A DNA stretch of 64,000 nt from an uncultured Methanoregulaceae archaeon (GCA_963705255.1 OY970061.1:512001-576000), one strand, 5' to 3'. Numbered from the stretch's first letter, positions 43,331-53,576 are shown. The notes: a model not told the origin generated them from the letters alone. Numbers and translations are program-made.

Positions 43331-43759
43331 GTGTTTACTAATATCCTAGTCGCACTGGACGGCTCGGAGGCAGGCCAGCGCGCATTTACCCGTGCCACAG
43401 AGTCTGCAAAGGCCGGGAACGCACAGATCCATGCCGCATATGTTGTGGAGACCGGCCTCTTCGCATCCCTCCCCACGGACAATACCGTGGAACTGATGTA
43501 CAATGTCCTCCAGAAAGAGGGCGAATCCGTCCTGGCGAACGCAAAAGCCGAAACAAAGGATGACGGCCTGGCACTCACCACGCACCTGAAATTCGGTCAT
43601 GCCGGCAATGAGGTCGTGACCCTTGCAGAAAAGATAAAGGCCGACCTTATCGTGGTCGGCTCCCACGGCAAGAGCCAGACCGACCGGTTGCTCATCGGGA
43701 GTGCCAGCATGTTTGTCGTCACCCACAGCAAGGTTTCGACCCTGGTGGTGAGATCATAA
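43331..43759 (+). CDS. Universal stress protein
   Basis: NILVALDGS, DLIVVGSHG, LLIGS. Confidence 0.92.
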   Translation: MFTNILVALDGSEAGQRAFTRATESAKAGNAQIHAAYVVETGLFASLPTDNTVELMYNVLQKEGESVLANAKAETKDDGLALTTHLKFGHAGNEVVTLAEKIKADLIVVGSHGKSQTDRLLIGSASMFVVTHSKVSTLVVRS

Positions 43760-43764
43760 CAGAC

Positions 43765-44614
43765 ATGATTGTAAGGAACTACATGACATCCGACGTGGTC
43801 CACGTCGAGATCCCGGGGAACCGCGACGATGTCCTGAAGATACTCAAGCGGACGGGGATCTCCGGTGTCCCGGTCATCAAGAACAGGAAGATCGTCGGGA
43901 TCATCACGAGGAAAGATCTGCTCCGCAAACCCGAGGAGACCCAGCTCGGCCTGCTGATGACGGCAAAGCCGGTCGTCATCGAACCTGATATGGAGATCCG
44001 GGAAGCAGCACGCCTCCTGGTCACCCGCCGCATCCGGCGCCTTCCCGTCGTAGAAGACGGGATCCTCATCGGCCTCCTCTCGGTTGCCGATGTCATCCAT
44101 GCCCTCGCCCAGCTCAAGGTCAAGGACGAGATCAAGGAGAACTATACCAGCAGGACCTTTGCGCTCTGGGAAGAGACCCCCCTCCCGGTGGTCGGGCGCG
44201 TCATGGAGATCTCAGGCGTGGATGCCATCCCGATTCTCGACGCAGAGAACAGGCTGCAGGGCATGATATCCGAGCGCGACCTGATCAGGAACTCGTCCAT
44301 CGAGGACTCGGTCGGGGTGAGCGATTTCTCGAACGGCACTGACGACGATGAATGGACCTGGGAGAGCATCCGGGACAACCATACCATCAGCTTCGGCATC
44401 TCCAAGGTGCAGCTCCCCAACCGCCCGGTCAAACTCGCGATGGTCAGGAACGTCGTATCCGTGCCGGCGAATGCCGAAGTGAGCGAGTGCGCCCTCAAGA
44501 TGCGCAGATCAAGGGTCGACCAGCTGCCCGGTCGTGAACGGCGACAAGAAGCTTGTCGGCATGTTGTATGACCGGGAGCTCATCCGGGCATTCTGCCGAG
44601 AAGATCCGGAATAA
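43765..44614 (+). CDS. CBS-domain protein, with an extra C near 44528
   Basis: Four CBS repeats; removing one base restores LPVVNGDKKLVGMLYDRELIR...*. Confidence 0.88.
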
Positions 44615-44697
44615 CAACCTTTAAATTTCCCGATATCATCTAATACTTTAAGCGCTTTTAATAATTTCTGGCGTTCATTTGTTTTTACGGTGTTACT

Positions 44698-45339
44698 ATG
44701 CCTGAACAGTTACAGGAGTCCATGAAGGGGACAACAACCATCGGCATCGTCTTTGCCGGAGGAGTAATCCTCGCAACCGAGAAGAGGGCGACCATGGGCT
44801 ACATGATCGCCAGCAAGAAGGCGAAAAAGGTATACCGGGTCGCAGACCGGATCGGCATGACAACCGCTGGCGGTGTCGGCGATGCCCAGCAGCTCGCACG
44901 CATCCTGACCGTAGAATGCAGCCTCTACCAGATCCGCAGGTCCCGCCCGATCACGGTCGGCGCGACGGCCACGCTGCTCTCGAATTACCTCAACCAGAAC
45001 CGCTACTTCCCGTATTACGTCCAGCTCCTCGTCGGCGGTATCGATGAGAACGGTCCGAGCGTCTACTCGGTCGATGCGATGGGCGGGGCCACGAAGGAAG
45101 AAGAGATCGTAGCCACCGGTTCCGGTTCTCCCATGGCATACGGTGTGCTCGAGGACCGGTTCCGCCCCGGCATGACCGAGGACGAAGCCATCGACCTCGC
45201 CATCCGCGGGCTGAAGTCCGCCATGAAACGGGATGCAGGGTCCGGGGAAGGGATCCATGTCGTAGTGATAACAAAAGAGAAGTATCAGGAGCTCGGCGAG
45301 GATGACCTCAAGAAGTATCTGGCGAAAACTCCTGCATAA
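44698..45339 (+). CDS. psmB: Proteasome beta subunit
   Basis: KGTTTIG propeptide junction, GGVGDAQ, TGSGS, RDAGSG. Confidence 0.97.
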   Translation: MPEQLQESMKGTTTIGIVFAGGVILATEKRATMGYMIASKKAKKVYRVADRIGMTTAGGVGDAQQLARILTVECSLYQIRRSRPITVGATATLLSNYLNQNRYFPYYVQLLVGGIDENGPSVYSVDAMGGATKEEEIVATGSGSPMAYGVLEDRFRPGMTEDEAIDLAIRGLKSAMKRDAGSGEGIHVVVITKEKYQELGEDDLKKYLAKTPA

Positions 45340-45361
45340 CTTTTTTTAGGACGACTTTTTT

Positions 45362-47272
45362 ATGCAAATTGAAGAACGACTCAAAGAGCTCAAAGACAAG
45401 ATCAACGATAAGGTGCCCCGCGGCATCACGGTAACCCAGGTCGAGTTCGAAGGACCCGAGCTCGTGATCTATACTGACGACCCGAAACGGTTTGCCGATG
45501 AGGCGGACTTAATCAAGATCCTGGCCCGCGACCTGCGCAAGCGGATCGTGGTACGGCCGACGATCCTCGAGGACCCGGAAAAGGCGTACAATGATATCAG
45601 GTCTGTCGTGCCGGAGACAGCCGGGATCACCGATATTTTTTTCGATGCCGATACCGGGGAAGTCCTCATCGAGGCGGAAAAACCCGGCGTGGTCATCGGC
45701 AAGAACGGCAGCACGCTCCGGGAGATAACCAAGCATATCGGGTGGACCCCCAAGGTGGTCCGCACTCCCCCTATCGAGAGCACCACGGTCAAGCAGGTGA
45801 GGCAGTACCTCCGTTCTGTCAATGAAGATCGCAAACAGTTCCTGCGCACCATCGGCCGCAGGATCCACCGCGACATCCCCGGGAAGGAAGAGACCGGGAC
45901 CAAGAAGGACCAGTGGGCACGGGTCACCATGCTGGGCTGCTGCCGGGAAGTCGGCCGCGCAGCGTTCCTCCTCTCGACCCCGGACAGCAAGGTGCTGATC
46001 GATTGCGGGGAGAAACCCGACAATTCCAACGGGACCCCGTACCTGTATGTCCCTGAAATTCACCCGCTCGCCCAGCTGGATGCGGTCGTCCTCACGCATG
46101 CCCACCTCGATCACTGTGCGCTCATTCCCCTCCTGTACAAATACGGCTACGAGGGCCCGGTCTACGCAACCCCCCCCACGCGCGACCTCTCGGCGATGCT
46201 CCAGCTCGATTACCTCGATGTCATCCACAAGGAAGACCGGAAAGTTCCCTACTCCTCGAACGAGGTCAAGACCTACATCCGCCACTCCATCACGCTCAAT
46301 TACGGCAGCGTGACCGATATTGCGCCGGACATCAAGCTCACGTTCCACAATGCCGGCCACATCCTCGGCTCGGCGATCGCCCATTTCCATCTCGGCGACG
46401 GCCTGTACAACATCGCGTTCACCGGCGATTTCAACTACAGCAAGAGCCGGCTCTTCAACCCGGCCATCAACCAGTTCCCCCGTCTCGAGGCGCTCTTCAT
46501 GGAAAGTACCTACGGCGGGTCCAACGACTTCCAGCAGGCGCGATCGGATGCCGAGGCCCGGCTCTACGAGACCATCAATGCGGTCCTCCAGCGGGGCGGC
46601 AAGGTGATCGTTCCTGCCTTCTCAGTCGGGCGTTCCCAGGAAGTCATGCTGGCCCTCGAAGAGGGAATGCGCCTTGACAAGATCCCGAAGGTGAAGATCT
46701 ACCTTGACGGCATGATCCGCGAGGCGACCGCCATCCACACGACCTACCCGGAATACCTGAATACCGAGCTCCGCAACCTGATCTTCCGCGAGGGCATGAA
46801 CCCGTTCCTTGCCGAGTGCTTCCAGCAGGTGGACAGCCAGGAGCTCCGCGAGAAAGTGATGGCGGGCGAACCCTGCGTCATCATCTCGACGAGCGGTATG
46901 CTCAACGGCGGGCCGGTCATGGAGTACCTGCTGACGCTCGCCCAGGACGAGAAGAATGCGCTCGTCTTCGTCGGCTACCAAGCCGACGGTACCCTGGGGC
47001 GCCGGATCCAGAAAGGCTGGCGGGAGGTGCCTCTCGGGCGGAAGGGGACCATCACCATCAACCTCGAGATCGTCACGGTAGACGGGTTCTCCGGCCATTC
47101 CGACCGGCGCCAGCTGATGAACTATGTCGGGCAGGTCCAGCCGCGCCCGGAGAAGATATTCTGCATCCATGGCGACGAGAACAATACCATCGACCTTGCC
47201 AGTTCGATCTACAAGCGCTACCATATCGAGACCCACTCCCCCATGAACCTCGAGACCTACCGCATGGTTTGA
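45362..47272 (+). CDS. fttA: KH/beta-CASP ribonuclease aCPSF1 (transcription termination factor FttA)
   Basis: Two KH domains, THAHLDH, AGHILGS, FSGHSD, HGD; adjacent to psmB. Confidence 0.95.
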   Translation: MQIEERLKELKDKINDKVPRGITVTQVEFEGPELVIYTDDPKRFADEADLIKILARDLRKRIVVRPTILEDPEKAYNDIRSVVPETAGITDIFFDADTGEVLIEAEKPGVVIGKNGSTLREITKHIGWTPKVVRTPPIESTTVKQVRQYLRSVNEDRKQFLRTIGRRIHRDIPGKEETGTKKDQWARVTMLGCCREVGRAAFLLSTPDSKVLIDCGEKPDNSNGTPYLYVPEIHPLAQLDAVVLTHAHLDHCALIPLLYKYGYEGPVYATPPTRDLSAMLQLDYLDVIHKEDRKVPYSSNEVKTYIRHSITLNYGSVTDIAPDIKLTFHNAGHILGSAIAHFHLGDGLYNIAFTGDFNYSKSRLFNPAINQFPRLEALFMESTYGGSNDFQQARSDAEARLYETINAVLQRGGKVIVPAFSVGRSQEVMLALEEGMRLDKIPKVKIYLDGMIREATAIHTTYPEYLNTELRNLIFREGMNPFLAECFQQVDSQELREKVMAGEPCVIISTSGMLNGGPVMEYLLTLAQDEKNALVFVGYQADGTLGRRIQKGWREVPLGRKGTITINLEIVTVDGFSGHSDRRQLMNYVGQVQPRPEKIFCIHGDENNTIDLASSIYKRYHIETHSPMNLETYRMV

Positions 47273-47276
47273 ACCG

Positions 47277-48332
47277 ATGAGAACCGAGGTCACGCTCTTT
47301 TTCGGGATATTTACCGTGATGGCGTTGTCCAATGCCATTGTCCCGGTCCTCCCCTCATTTTCAAATACATCGTCGTGGCAGGGTGCGATCTACTCCGCGT
47401 ACTTCCTCGGCGCCGTCCTCAGCACGCTGCCGTCCGGGATCCTCTCGGACCGGTTCGGGCGGGTCCGGATGATGCGGGCCGGGTTCTTACTCACGATCGC
47501 GAGCGGCTTCCTCCTCTCGGTCACGACTGCCGAAGTGCCGGCCCTCGCGGCCCGGCTCATCGAAGGGATCGGGGCCGGGCTCTTTGTTGTCCCGGCGCTG
47601 TCCGTGGTCAATGCCGGGGAGGACCACAAGAAGATGAGCGGCTACTTCATGGCCCTGCTCAACGGGGGCCTCGTCATCGGCCTCGTCGGCCCCGGGCTCC
47701 TCGCCACCGCGACCGGCCAGCCGGCCGCCGGGATCATCCTCTTCACCCTGCTCGCGCTCGTCCCGGCCGGCGCGAGCCTCTTCCTCCGGGAACCGCCGGC
47801 AGCTCCCGCCACCCACGGGGATCTCCCGGCTTTCATCGCCCTCGTGAAGGAGTACCGCTGGATCTGGTACTCGTCCATCGTCCTGATCGGGATCACCGGG
47901 GTCGTTACGTCCCTGTACCCGAAGTTCAGCGGGGCACCGCCCGACCTCCTCGGCCTCTGGATCGCGGGCATGAGCATCGCGACCATCCTCGCGGTCCTCG
48001 CCGTCTCCCGGTTCCGCTTCGATGAGATCCTCGCGATCCGGGTCTCCGCCATCCTGATGATGGGCGGCGTCGCTATCTCGTTCATCTCCCCGGCCGGGTT
48101 CCTCGTGCTCGGGGTCGTGGCCGGAATCGTCATGATCGCCCAGATGGCATTCCTCGCACGCGTCCGCGAGCACCAGGGGACCGCGATGGGCCTCTTCACC
48201 ACCGCCAGCTACCTCGGGATGGCGGTGCTGCCGTTTATCGCCGGGGTTGTTGCTGATATGGCCGGGTTTTTTGTGGCGTTTTCTGTCACTGCTATTATGG
48301 CGGCAACGGTGGTGGCGGTGGTGAGGGGGTAG
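47277..48332 (+). CDS. MFS transporter
   Basis: GILSDRFGR motif A, about 12 TM segments. Confidence 0.88.
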   Translation: MRTEVTLFFGIFTVMALSNAIVPVLPSFSNTSSWQGAIYSAYFLGAVLSTLPSGILSDRFGRVRMMRAGFLLTIASGFLLSVTTAEVPALAARLIEGIGAGLFVVPALSVVNAGEDHKKMSGYFMALLNGGLVIGLVGPGLLATATGQPAAGIILFTLLALVPAGASLFLREPPAAPATHGDLPAFIALVKEYRWIWYSSIVLIGITGVVTSLYPKFSGAPPDLLGLWIAGMSIATILAVLAVSRFRFDEILAIRVSAILMMGGVAISFISPAGFLVLGVVAGIVMIAQMAFLARVREHQGTAMGLFTTASYLGMAVLPFIAGVVADMAGFFVAFSVTAIMAATVVAVVRG

Positions 48333-48521
48333 TTCTGTTTTGAAATTCATGCCAGGTACCTGGAGTACCCGAACCTCACCGGGACGTCCGAATCTTGTGC
48401 ATGAGTCCCCGTGCGATGCCGGGAGCGCCATGCTCGTATGTTCATGAAGAGAATTTAATACGCGACCGTACAAAGATCTCATCTGAACCGCCAGAAAAAA
48501 ATGCCCGGGAGGAAGAGAACA

Positions 48522-48782
48522 ATGATCCTGCAATATATTGAAAAAGCCCTTGCCCATGCGCGGTACGAGATCATCAAGGATGATGAACCCTATTACGGGG
48601 AAATCCGGGAACTCGCCGGCGTCTATGCGACCGGGAAGACCCTTGAAGAATGCCGGGCTAACCTGGTGGAAGTGATCGATGGCTGGATCGTCGTCCGGCT
48701 GCGGCGGGGACTTCCCATTCCCCCGATAGACAATTGCACGATCGAGGAAGTCGTAAGGCTTGATCAGAGTGCCCGGGCATAA
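48522..48782 (+). CDS. hicB: HicB-family antitoxin
   Basis: YYGEIRELAGVYATGKTLEEC..NL.EV...W....L..GLPIP. Confidence 0.85.
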   Translation: MILQYIEKALAHARYEIIKDDEPYYGEIRELAGVYATGKTLEECRANLVEVIDGWIVVRLRRGLPIPPIDNCTIEEVVRLDQSARA

Positions 48783-48880
48783 ACTTATTCCGGTCTCGTG
48801 GACGGATCTCGTCCGCAGGCTGAAGTTTTTTGGTTTTGACGGTCCTTTCCAGGGAGGGAAACACCCGTTACATCCCGTTA
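48769..48880 (+). pseudogene. Truncated HicA toxin
   Basis: GTG start overlapping hicB: PGHKLIPVSWTDLVRRLKFFGFDGPFQGGKHP, then similarity is lost. Confidence 0.7.
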
Positions 48881-49467
48881 TCGATGCGTTCGGATTTCAC
48901 GTCGGATAAAAGAGAGTTTTCCAGCCAGATTCCATAAGTATATCTCCCCATCCCACAGGTCCTTTGGCGTTTGAGGGTGCTATAGCCCTCGGATTCGTGT
49001 TTCTCTGGAGATGAATGTAGATCCGTGATGATCTGCCGGACCCCCTCTTCATGCAAATCCACCAGGAGTTTCGTGCTAAACAAGGGGTTATCGGATCCCA
49101 ATCCGGGCACGATACGGGGCCCGTTTCCCGGAAATGTCCAAACGGAGCCCTATACAAGCCCGGATACGGAAGGTTGTAACCTCCGGAAAAGTGGGTTCCG
49201 GAGGAGCTGTTTCAAACGTTGGTTGGAGAGATTCCGGTTGAATATTTCTGGAGGTCCGATGCAGAAATTTTTTGCCGGTCCGTGAAAATAATTTCCGGAA
49301 ATTTTCTGGGAAGATTTTTGAAAAATTTAAAAAAAAATTTCTTAAAAAAAATTCTGAAAAAGATTCTGAAATTTTTTTTATACGTTTCAAAAAATTTTTA
49401 AAAATGTTTTCTACGAAATTGTCCGATCCGAAACCATAATGGAGATACAGGAACAACAACGTGTATC

Positions 49468-49653
49468 ATGACTGCACAGGCCGCATCCCGGTCGCCGAAA
49501 GATCACCCGGCAAAGAAGGCGGGAAGATCCAAAACGAAAGGAGAGGATCGGAAAGACGGCCTTTATGCAGTAGCGGAGCATTCCCTCTCCGGATTTCTTG
49601 ACAGCGAGCCTGATATCTATACGGTAGCAGACATCAAAGTGCGGTACCGATGA
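49468..49653 (+). CDS. Small antitoxin-like protein
   Basis: AEHSLSGFLDSEPDIYT..DIK; ATGA overlap with the toxin. Confidence 0.7.
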   Translation: MTAQAASRSPKDHPAKKAGRSKTKGEDRKDGLYAVAEHSLSGFLDSEPDIYTVADIKVRYR

Positions 49654-49979
49654 AAGCGAAGATCGTCCTGATCCATTTTCCCTTCACGGACCTGAGCACT
49701 CTCAAACTGCGGCCGGCGCTTGTTATTTACGAAAGCGATCAGGATGTTGTTGCGGCATTTATCTCTTCCAGAGTCCCGATGCACATGGCCGACTCTGATC
49801 TTCTCATACCGGCCGATGATCCTTCGTTCCCCGGTACAGGTCTCAAGAGGACGTCAGTAATAAAATTCGATAAAGTCGCAACCGTTTCAAAGGATCTCAT
49901 TGAAGGAGAGATCGGGGCGATTGATGATCGCCTTGCCGATCAGTGCAATGCGATCATGAGCCGGGTTTTTGTCCTCTGA
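49650..49979 (+). CDS. PemK/MazF-family toxin
   Basis: IVLIHFPFTDLS..KLRPALV, FISS, GLKRTSVIK.DK..T. Confidence 0.88.
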   Translation: MKAKIVLIHFPFTDLSTLKLRPALVIYESDQDVVAAFISSRVPMHMADSDLLIPADDPSFPGTGLKRTSVIKFDKVATVSKDLIEGEIGAIDDRLADQCNAIMSRVFVL

Positions 49980-50101
49980 TGTGGAGATGTTCTCCTCCGC
50001 CGATCTGCAAGTTGCAAAATATACCGGACCCGGTCAGCCCCTGCAAGATAAAACTGATAATCAATACATTCATCTGCGATCAAGGGGAATTTCGTCATAA
50101 T

Positions 50102-51085
50102 ATGCAGACCAAGGCACTCATACTGGTTCTCATCCTTGCCCTCCTGTTCATTCCTGTCGTCCACGGCGAGGACGCCAACGACTGGTACACGTACGGACAG
50201 AATGCCCTCACGGTCGGGAACTATACCCTCGCTCTCACGGATTTCAATAACGCTCTTTCCGTCAGCGCGAACTTTGCATCCGCAATGTCCGGCGAGGCAG
50301 TTGCCCTGAACGGGCTGGGAAATTATACCGGTGCAATCCCGTGGGCAGAAGAGGCGCTGACCTACCGGCCGTCTGACCCGATTGCGCTGAATGCGCGGGC
50401 CTTTGCCCTCTACAAACTCGGGCGGTATAATGACTCAGTCGCCGCATACAATACGCTGCTTGCCGTCCAGAACAACAACAAGGACGCCTATTGCAACCAG
50501 GGGTATGCCTATACATTTATGAACCAGTCTGACAATGCGATCTCCTCGTTCAAGCAGTGCCTGGTACTGGACCCCGCCAACGTCGAAATCTGGAACCAGG
50601 TGGGCCTTGCCTATATGAGTCTCGGCGCGTACGATCAGGCACTTGCAGAATTCAACCAGGCGACAAGCCTGACAATAAAGAATGCCACGTACTGGAACAA
50701 CAAGGGGCTTGCTTACAAAGCCCTCGGCAAGCCGGCGGACGCGCTGACATGTTTCCAGACAGCACTGGGGATCGACCCGAACTTTGCCGATGCGCAGAAC
50801 AACGCGCAGTCCGTGACGGGCATGCTGCAGAATTTCAACATTACCGGCACCATCACCCCGGTACCCACCATCAGCCGTATCGGGACGTTGTATACGACCG
50901 CAGCACCCACGCCGCAACCAACCACGGCCATCACTGCGGCACCGTCCGCCGGAATCACCACTCAGATCCCTGCAACTGCCACCCCCGTCCCAACGAGAAC
51001 AACCTACACGCCGCTCACGCCACTTCCGGCGCTCGGCGCTCTGGCGGCGGCCGGCGGGATTATGCTTGCGCTGAAGAGAAGGTAA
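50102..51085 (+). CDS. Secreted TPR protein with Thr/Pro linker and C-terminal TM anchor
   Basis: Signal peptide, about six TPRs, ends TTYTPLTPLPALGALAAAGGIMLALKRR. Confidence 0.88.
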   Translation: MQTKALILVLILALLFIPVVHGEDANDWYTYGQNALTVGNYTLALTDFNNALSVSANFASAMSGEAVALNGLGNYTGAIPWAEEALTYRPSDPIALNARAFALYKLGRYNDSVAAYNTLLAVQNNNKDAYCNQGYAYTFMNQSDNAISSFKQCLVLDPANVEIWNQVGLAYMSLGAYDQALAEFNQATSLTIKNATYWNNKGLAYKALGKPADALTCFQTALGIDPNFADAQNNAQSVTGMLQNFNITGTITPVPTISRIGTLYTTAAPTPQPTTAITAAPSAGITTQIPATATPVPTRTTYTPLTPLPALGALAAAGGIMLALKRR

Positions 51086-51197
51086 TTTTTTGCGTGCAGT
51101 AATTCCCGGCTTTTTTCCGTTAGAAAATTTCCGTTTTATTTTTCTCTCTGCAGAAAACCTGTCAGTGTCCATTTTTTGTAAACCACTTGAAAAGGCT

Positions 51198-51401
51198 ATG
51201 AGGGTGACCCCCTCTCTCCCCCAGAGGGGGAGGCAGCCCAAGGGGCGCATCCCCTTGACCCCCATCTATTATTCCTCCCGTTTCTGAGAATTTCTCGCTA
51301 ACCTTCTGAGTGACTATCCTATCATGGGGGATGCCCAAGCGGCGGGGGCGGAGGCAACGATTGCCGTAGCCCCCAAGAGCGTGAGAGGCCCTGAGGCGGG
51401 G
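51198..51401 (-). repeat. Uninterrupted 185-bp host repeat B (51198-51382) fused to a partial right arm of repeat A
   Basis: Chain of hairpins; serves as the empty-site reference for the other copies. Confidence 0.9.
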
Positions 51402-51548
51402 GAACCTCACAGATATTGATTATTCTTACGATTTTCAGGGTTCCGGTGTGAACATAATTGGTTCATGACTGTTTCAAGAACCAATTTTTTTTATTGTGCA
51501 CAGTTACCGGGCTTCCCCAACGGGGCTGAAACTTTCGGGTTGTGAAAA

Positions 51549-52727
51549 TCAGTCCTCTTTCCCGGCATATGCGCGCATAACGCCCTGGTAGACGGCCGAT
51601 GCCTTCTCGAGCGATTCGATCGTAACCCGCTCGTTCGTCGCGTGGAGCGTGGAGATCTCGCCGGGCCCATATTCAATGACGCGGAACCCGGCACGCCGCA
51701 GGTGCCGGGCATCGCTTGCTGCCCACTGGAAGATGGGAAAGACCGGGCCGCCAAAGACCCGTTCCACTTCATTGCAGGTAATGGTAACAAGCGGGCTTCC
51801 GGGTTCTGTTACCGATGGCTCATGGGTCTCCAGCGATGAGATCTTCCCGTTCGGGGCATGGTCGGCAATCCCTGCAACGACCTCCGGGATCGAACATCCC
51901 CACGGGATCCTCATCTCGAGCTCAAGGCTGCAGTGCTGCGCGACCACGTTGGATTTTTCACCGCCGCTGATGGTCCCCGGGTTGAAGGTCAGTTTTTTCA
52001 GGATATCGCTCACACCCGCGATCCTGAACTCATCCCCGAGCACCTCCGATGACCGTGTGATGATCCCTTTGAGCTCGTCGCTGACCGGGTATTCCCGTTC
52101 GTGCAACACTTTCACATAGTCGAGAAGAGCGACGGCTTCCATGATTGCGCTCACGCCGACCGCGGGATAGAGCGACCCGTGGGCCGGCGTCCCCTGGAAT
52201 TGTATATCCATCCGGCAGAGCCCTTTCTGCCCGATACACGGGTAGCGGGCCGGTGCCGTTTCCGCGATCAGGCAGTCGCACGGGCTGATCCATCTCCTGG
52301 CAAGGAGGAGCTGTATGCCATGCTCCCCGCCGGTCTCCTCATCGCAGACAAAGACGAGCGCAGCGGGAACTTCGGCACCGGTATCTGCAATGGCTTTGCA
52401 TGCGGCAAGGATCGCTGCACAACCGCCTTTCATGTCCGTAGCGCCACGGCCCCAGACGACCCCGTCCTCTATTGTCCCGGAGAACGGAGCATGAGTCCAG
52501 CCCTCGTCCAATGCCGGCACGACGTCCACATGACCGCAGAACATAAGACGGTCGCCCGGTTTCCGGGACACGAGGTTGCACATGCCGCCCGTATCTTCCG
52601 ACACGTCTGACCGTATGCCAAGACCCTCAAGGAACACGCGGATATACTCGATGATCCCGTCTGTCCGCCCGGGTGGGTTCTCGCTCCTGATTGCGACGAG
52701 GTCCGAACAGATCCGGCTGACATGCAT
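51549..52727 (-). CDS. M20 ArgE/DapE-family deacylase
   Basis: GHVDVVP, GRGATDMKGG, DEETGG, AHGS, HATNE. Confidence 0.92.
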   Translation of the reverse strand: MHVSRICSDLVAIRSENPPGRTDGIIEYIRVFLEGLGIRSDVSEDTGGMCNLVSRKPGDRLMFCGHVDVVPALDEGWTHAPFSGTIEDGVVWGRGATDMKGGCAAILAACKAIADTGAEVPAALVFVCDEETGGEHGIQLLLARRWISPCDCLIAETAPARYPCIGQKGLCRMDIQFQGTPAHGSLYPAVGVSAIMEAVALLDYVKVLHEREYPVSDELKGIITRSSEVLGDEFRIAGVSDILKKLTFNPGTISGGEKSNVVAQHCSLELEMRIPWGCSIPEVVAGIADHAPNGKISSLETHEPSVTEPGSPLVTITCNEVERVFGGPVFPIFQWAASDARHLRRAGFRVIEYGPGEISTLHATNERVTIESLEKASAVYQGVMRAYAGKED

Positions 52728-52746
52728 GACGGCGGCTCCGGTCTCC

Positions 52747-53247
52747 TTACCGCGAACAATAGGTCCTGAAAAGCGCGGCGAGCGAGGCGTCTTCGTACAG
52801 GCTTTTTAAGAACTCAGGCTCAAAAAATTCGTCGATGATAGCGTAAAAAAAGTCTGCAGGGATCGGGTTCCTGCTGTCCGGGTCGAGAACGATCCGGAAA
52901 CTCCGGTAGGACGCCGGGTCTTCGGTATCATAGATCATCTGCCAGAGCGATGGGAGCGACGTGAATTTCTCCGGGTGGTTTTCGCGGAGCCAGTTGACAA
53001 AGCCCGGGAACCTGGCCCGGTCGCCTTTCTTCTCTTCGTCAATCCTCCAGCGCAGGTACTCGCCGCCCATGATATTTTTTGGGGAGGCAAAGTTATAGGA
53101 ATAGATCCCTGCAGTATAATCGATATGGGCGAGGGCATCGATGAAATAGAAATAGAGGACCTTGTCGAACCCGGCCGTATCCTGGAGGATCAGGGACTTT
53201 TCATACAGGTAATCGAGGACCGTCAGATATTCGTTCTCATCCTTCAT
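52747..53247 (-). CDS. Hypothetical protein
   Basis: Clean ORF with protein-like composition, co-oriented with the M20 gene. Confidence 0.7.
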   Translation of the reverse strand: MKDENEYLTVLDYLYEKSLILQDTAGFDKVLYFYFIDALAHIDYTAGIYSYNFASPKNIMGGEYLRWRIDEEKKGDRARFPGFVNWLRENHPEKFTSLPSLWQMIYDTEDPASYRSFRIVLDPDSRNPIPADFFYAIIDEFFEPEFLKSLYEDASLAALFRTYCSR

Positions 53248-53301
53248 ATCCACAGGTTCGTTATGGCATTGTAAATATATTGTCGTTTCAGTGAATGACG
53301 G

Positions 53302-53360
53302 ACGCTCTTGGGGGCACGCGAGCGTGCCCCCGCCGCTGTGGCATCCCCATGGAGCGATAG
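53302..53360 (+). repeat. Partial (left end) host repeat B
   Basis: ACGCTCTTGGGGGC-ACGC-GA-GCGT-GCCCCCGCCGCTGTGGCATCCCC. Confidence 0.8.
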
Positions 53361-53576
53361 TGCCGTATTACCGGAAAGATTGAATGGGATTTCACCTTTA
53401 GTCTTGTAATGTTACGGGCAAGGCAAGCAGGGACAGAATTTATGGTCTGCTGATATTGTTTCCATCGCAATGAGCCCCGTCCCCCATCGGGGGACTGGCG
53501 GCGCAAGAGGGGGGCGACTACACAAATATAATTTTTTGGAGCCGCTTTTTCTAAAACTATTTTGCACGAACAGCCT

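Noticed and set aside
49260-49420. Replication origin (DUE/ORB)
   Set aside because: No adjacent orc1/cdc6 gene and no recognisable ORB repeats with G-strings.
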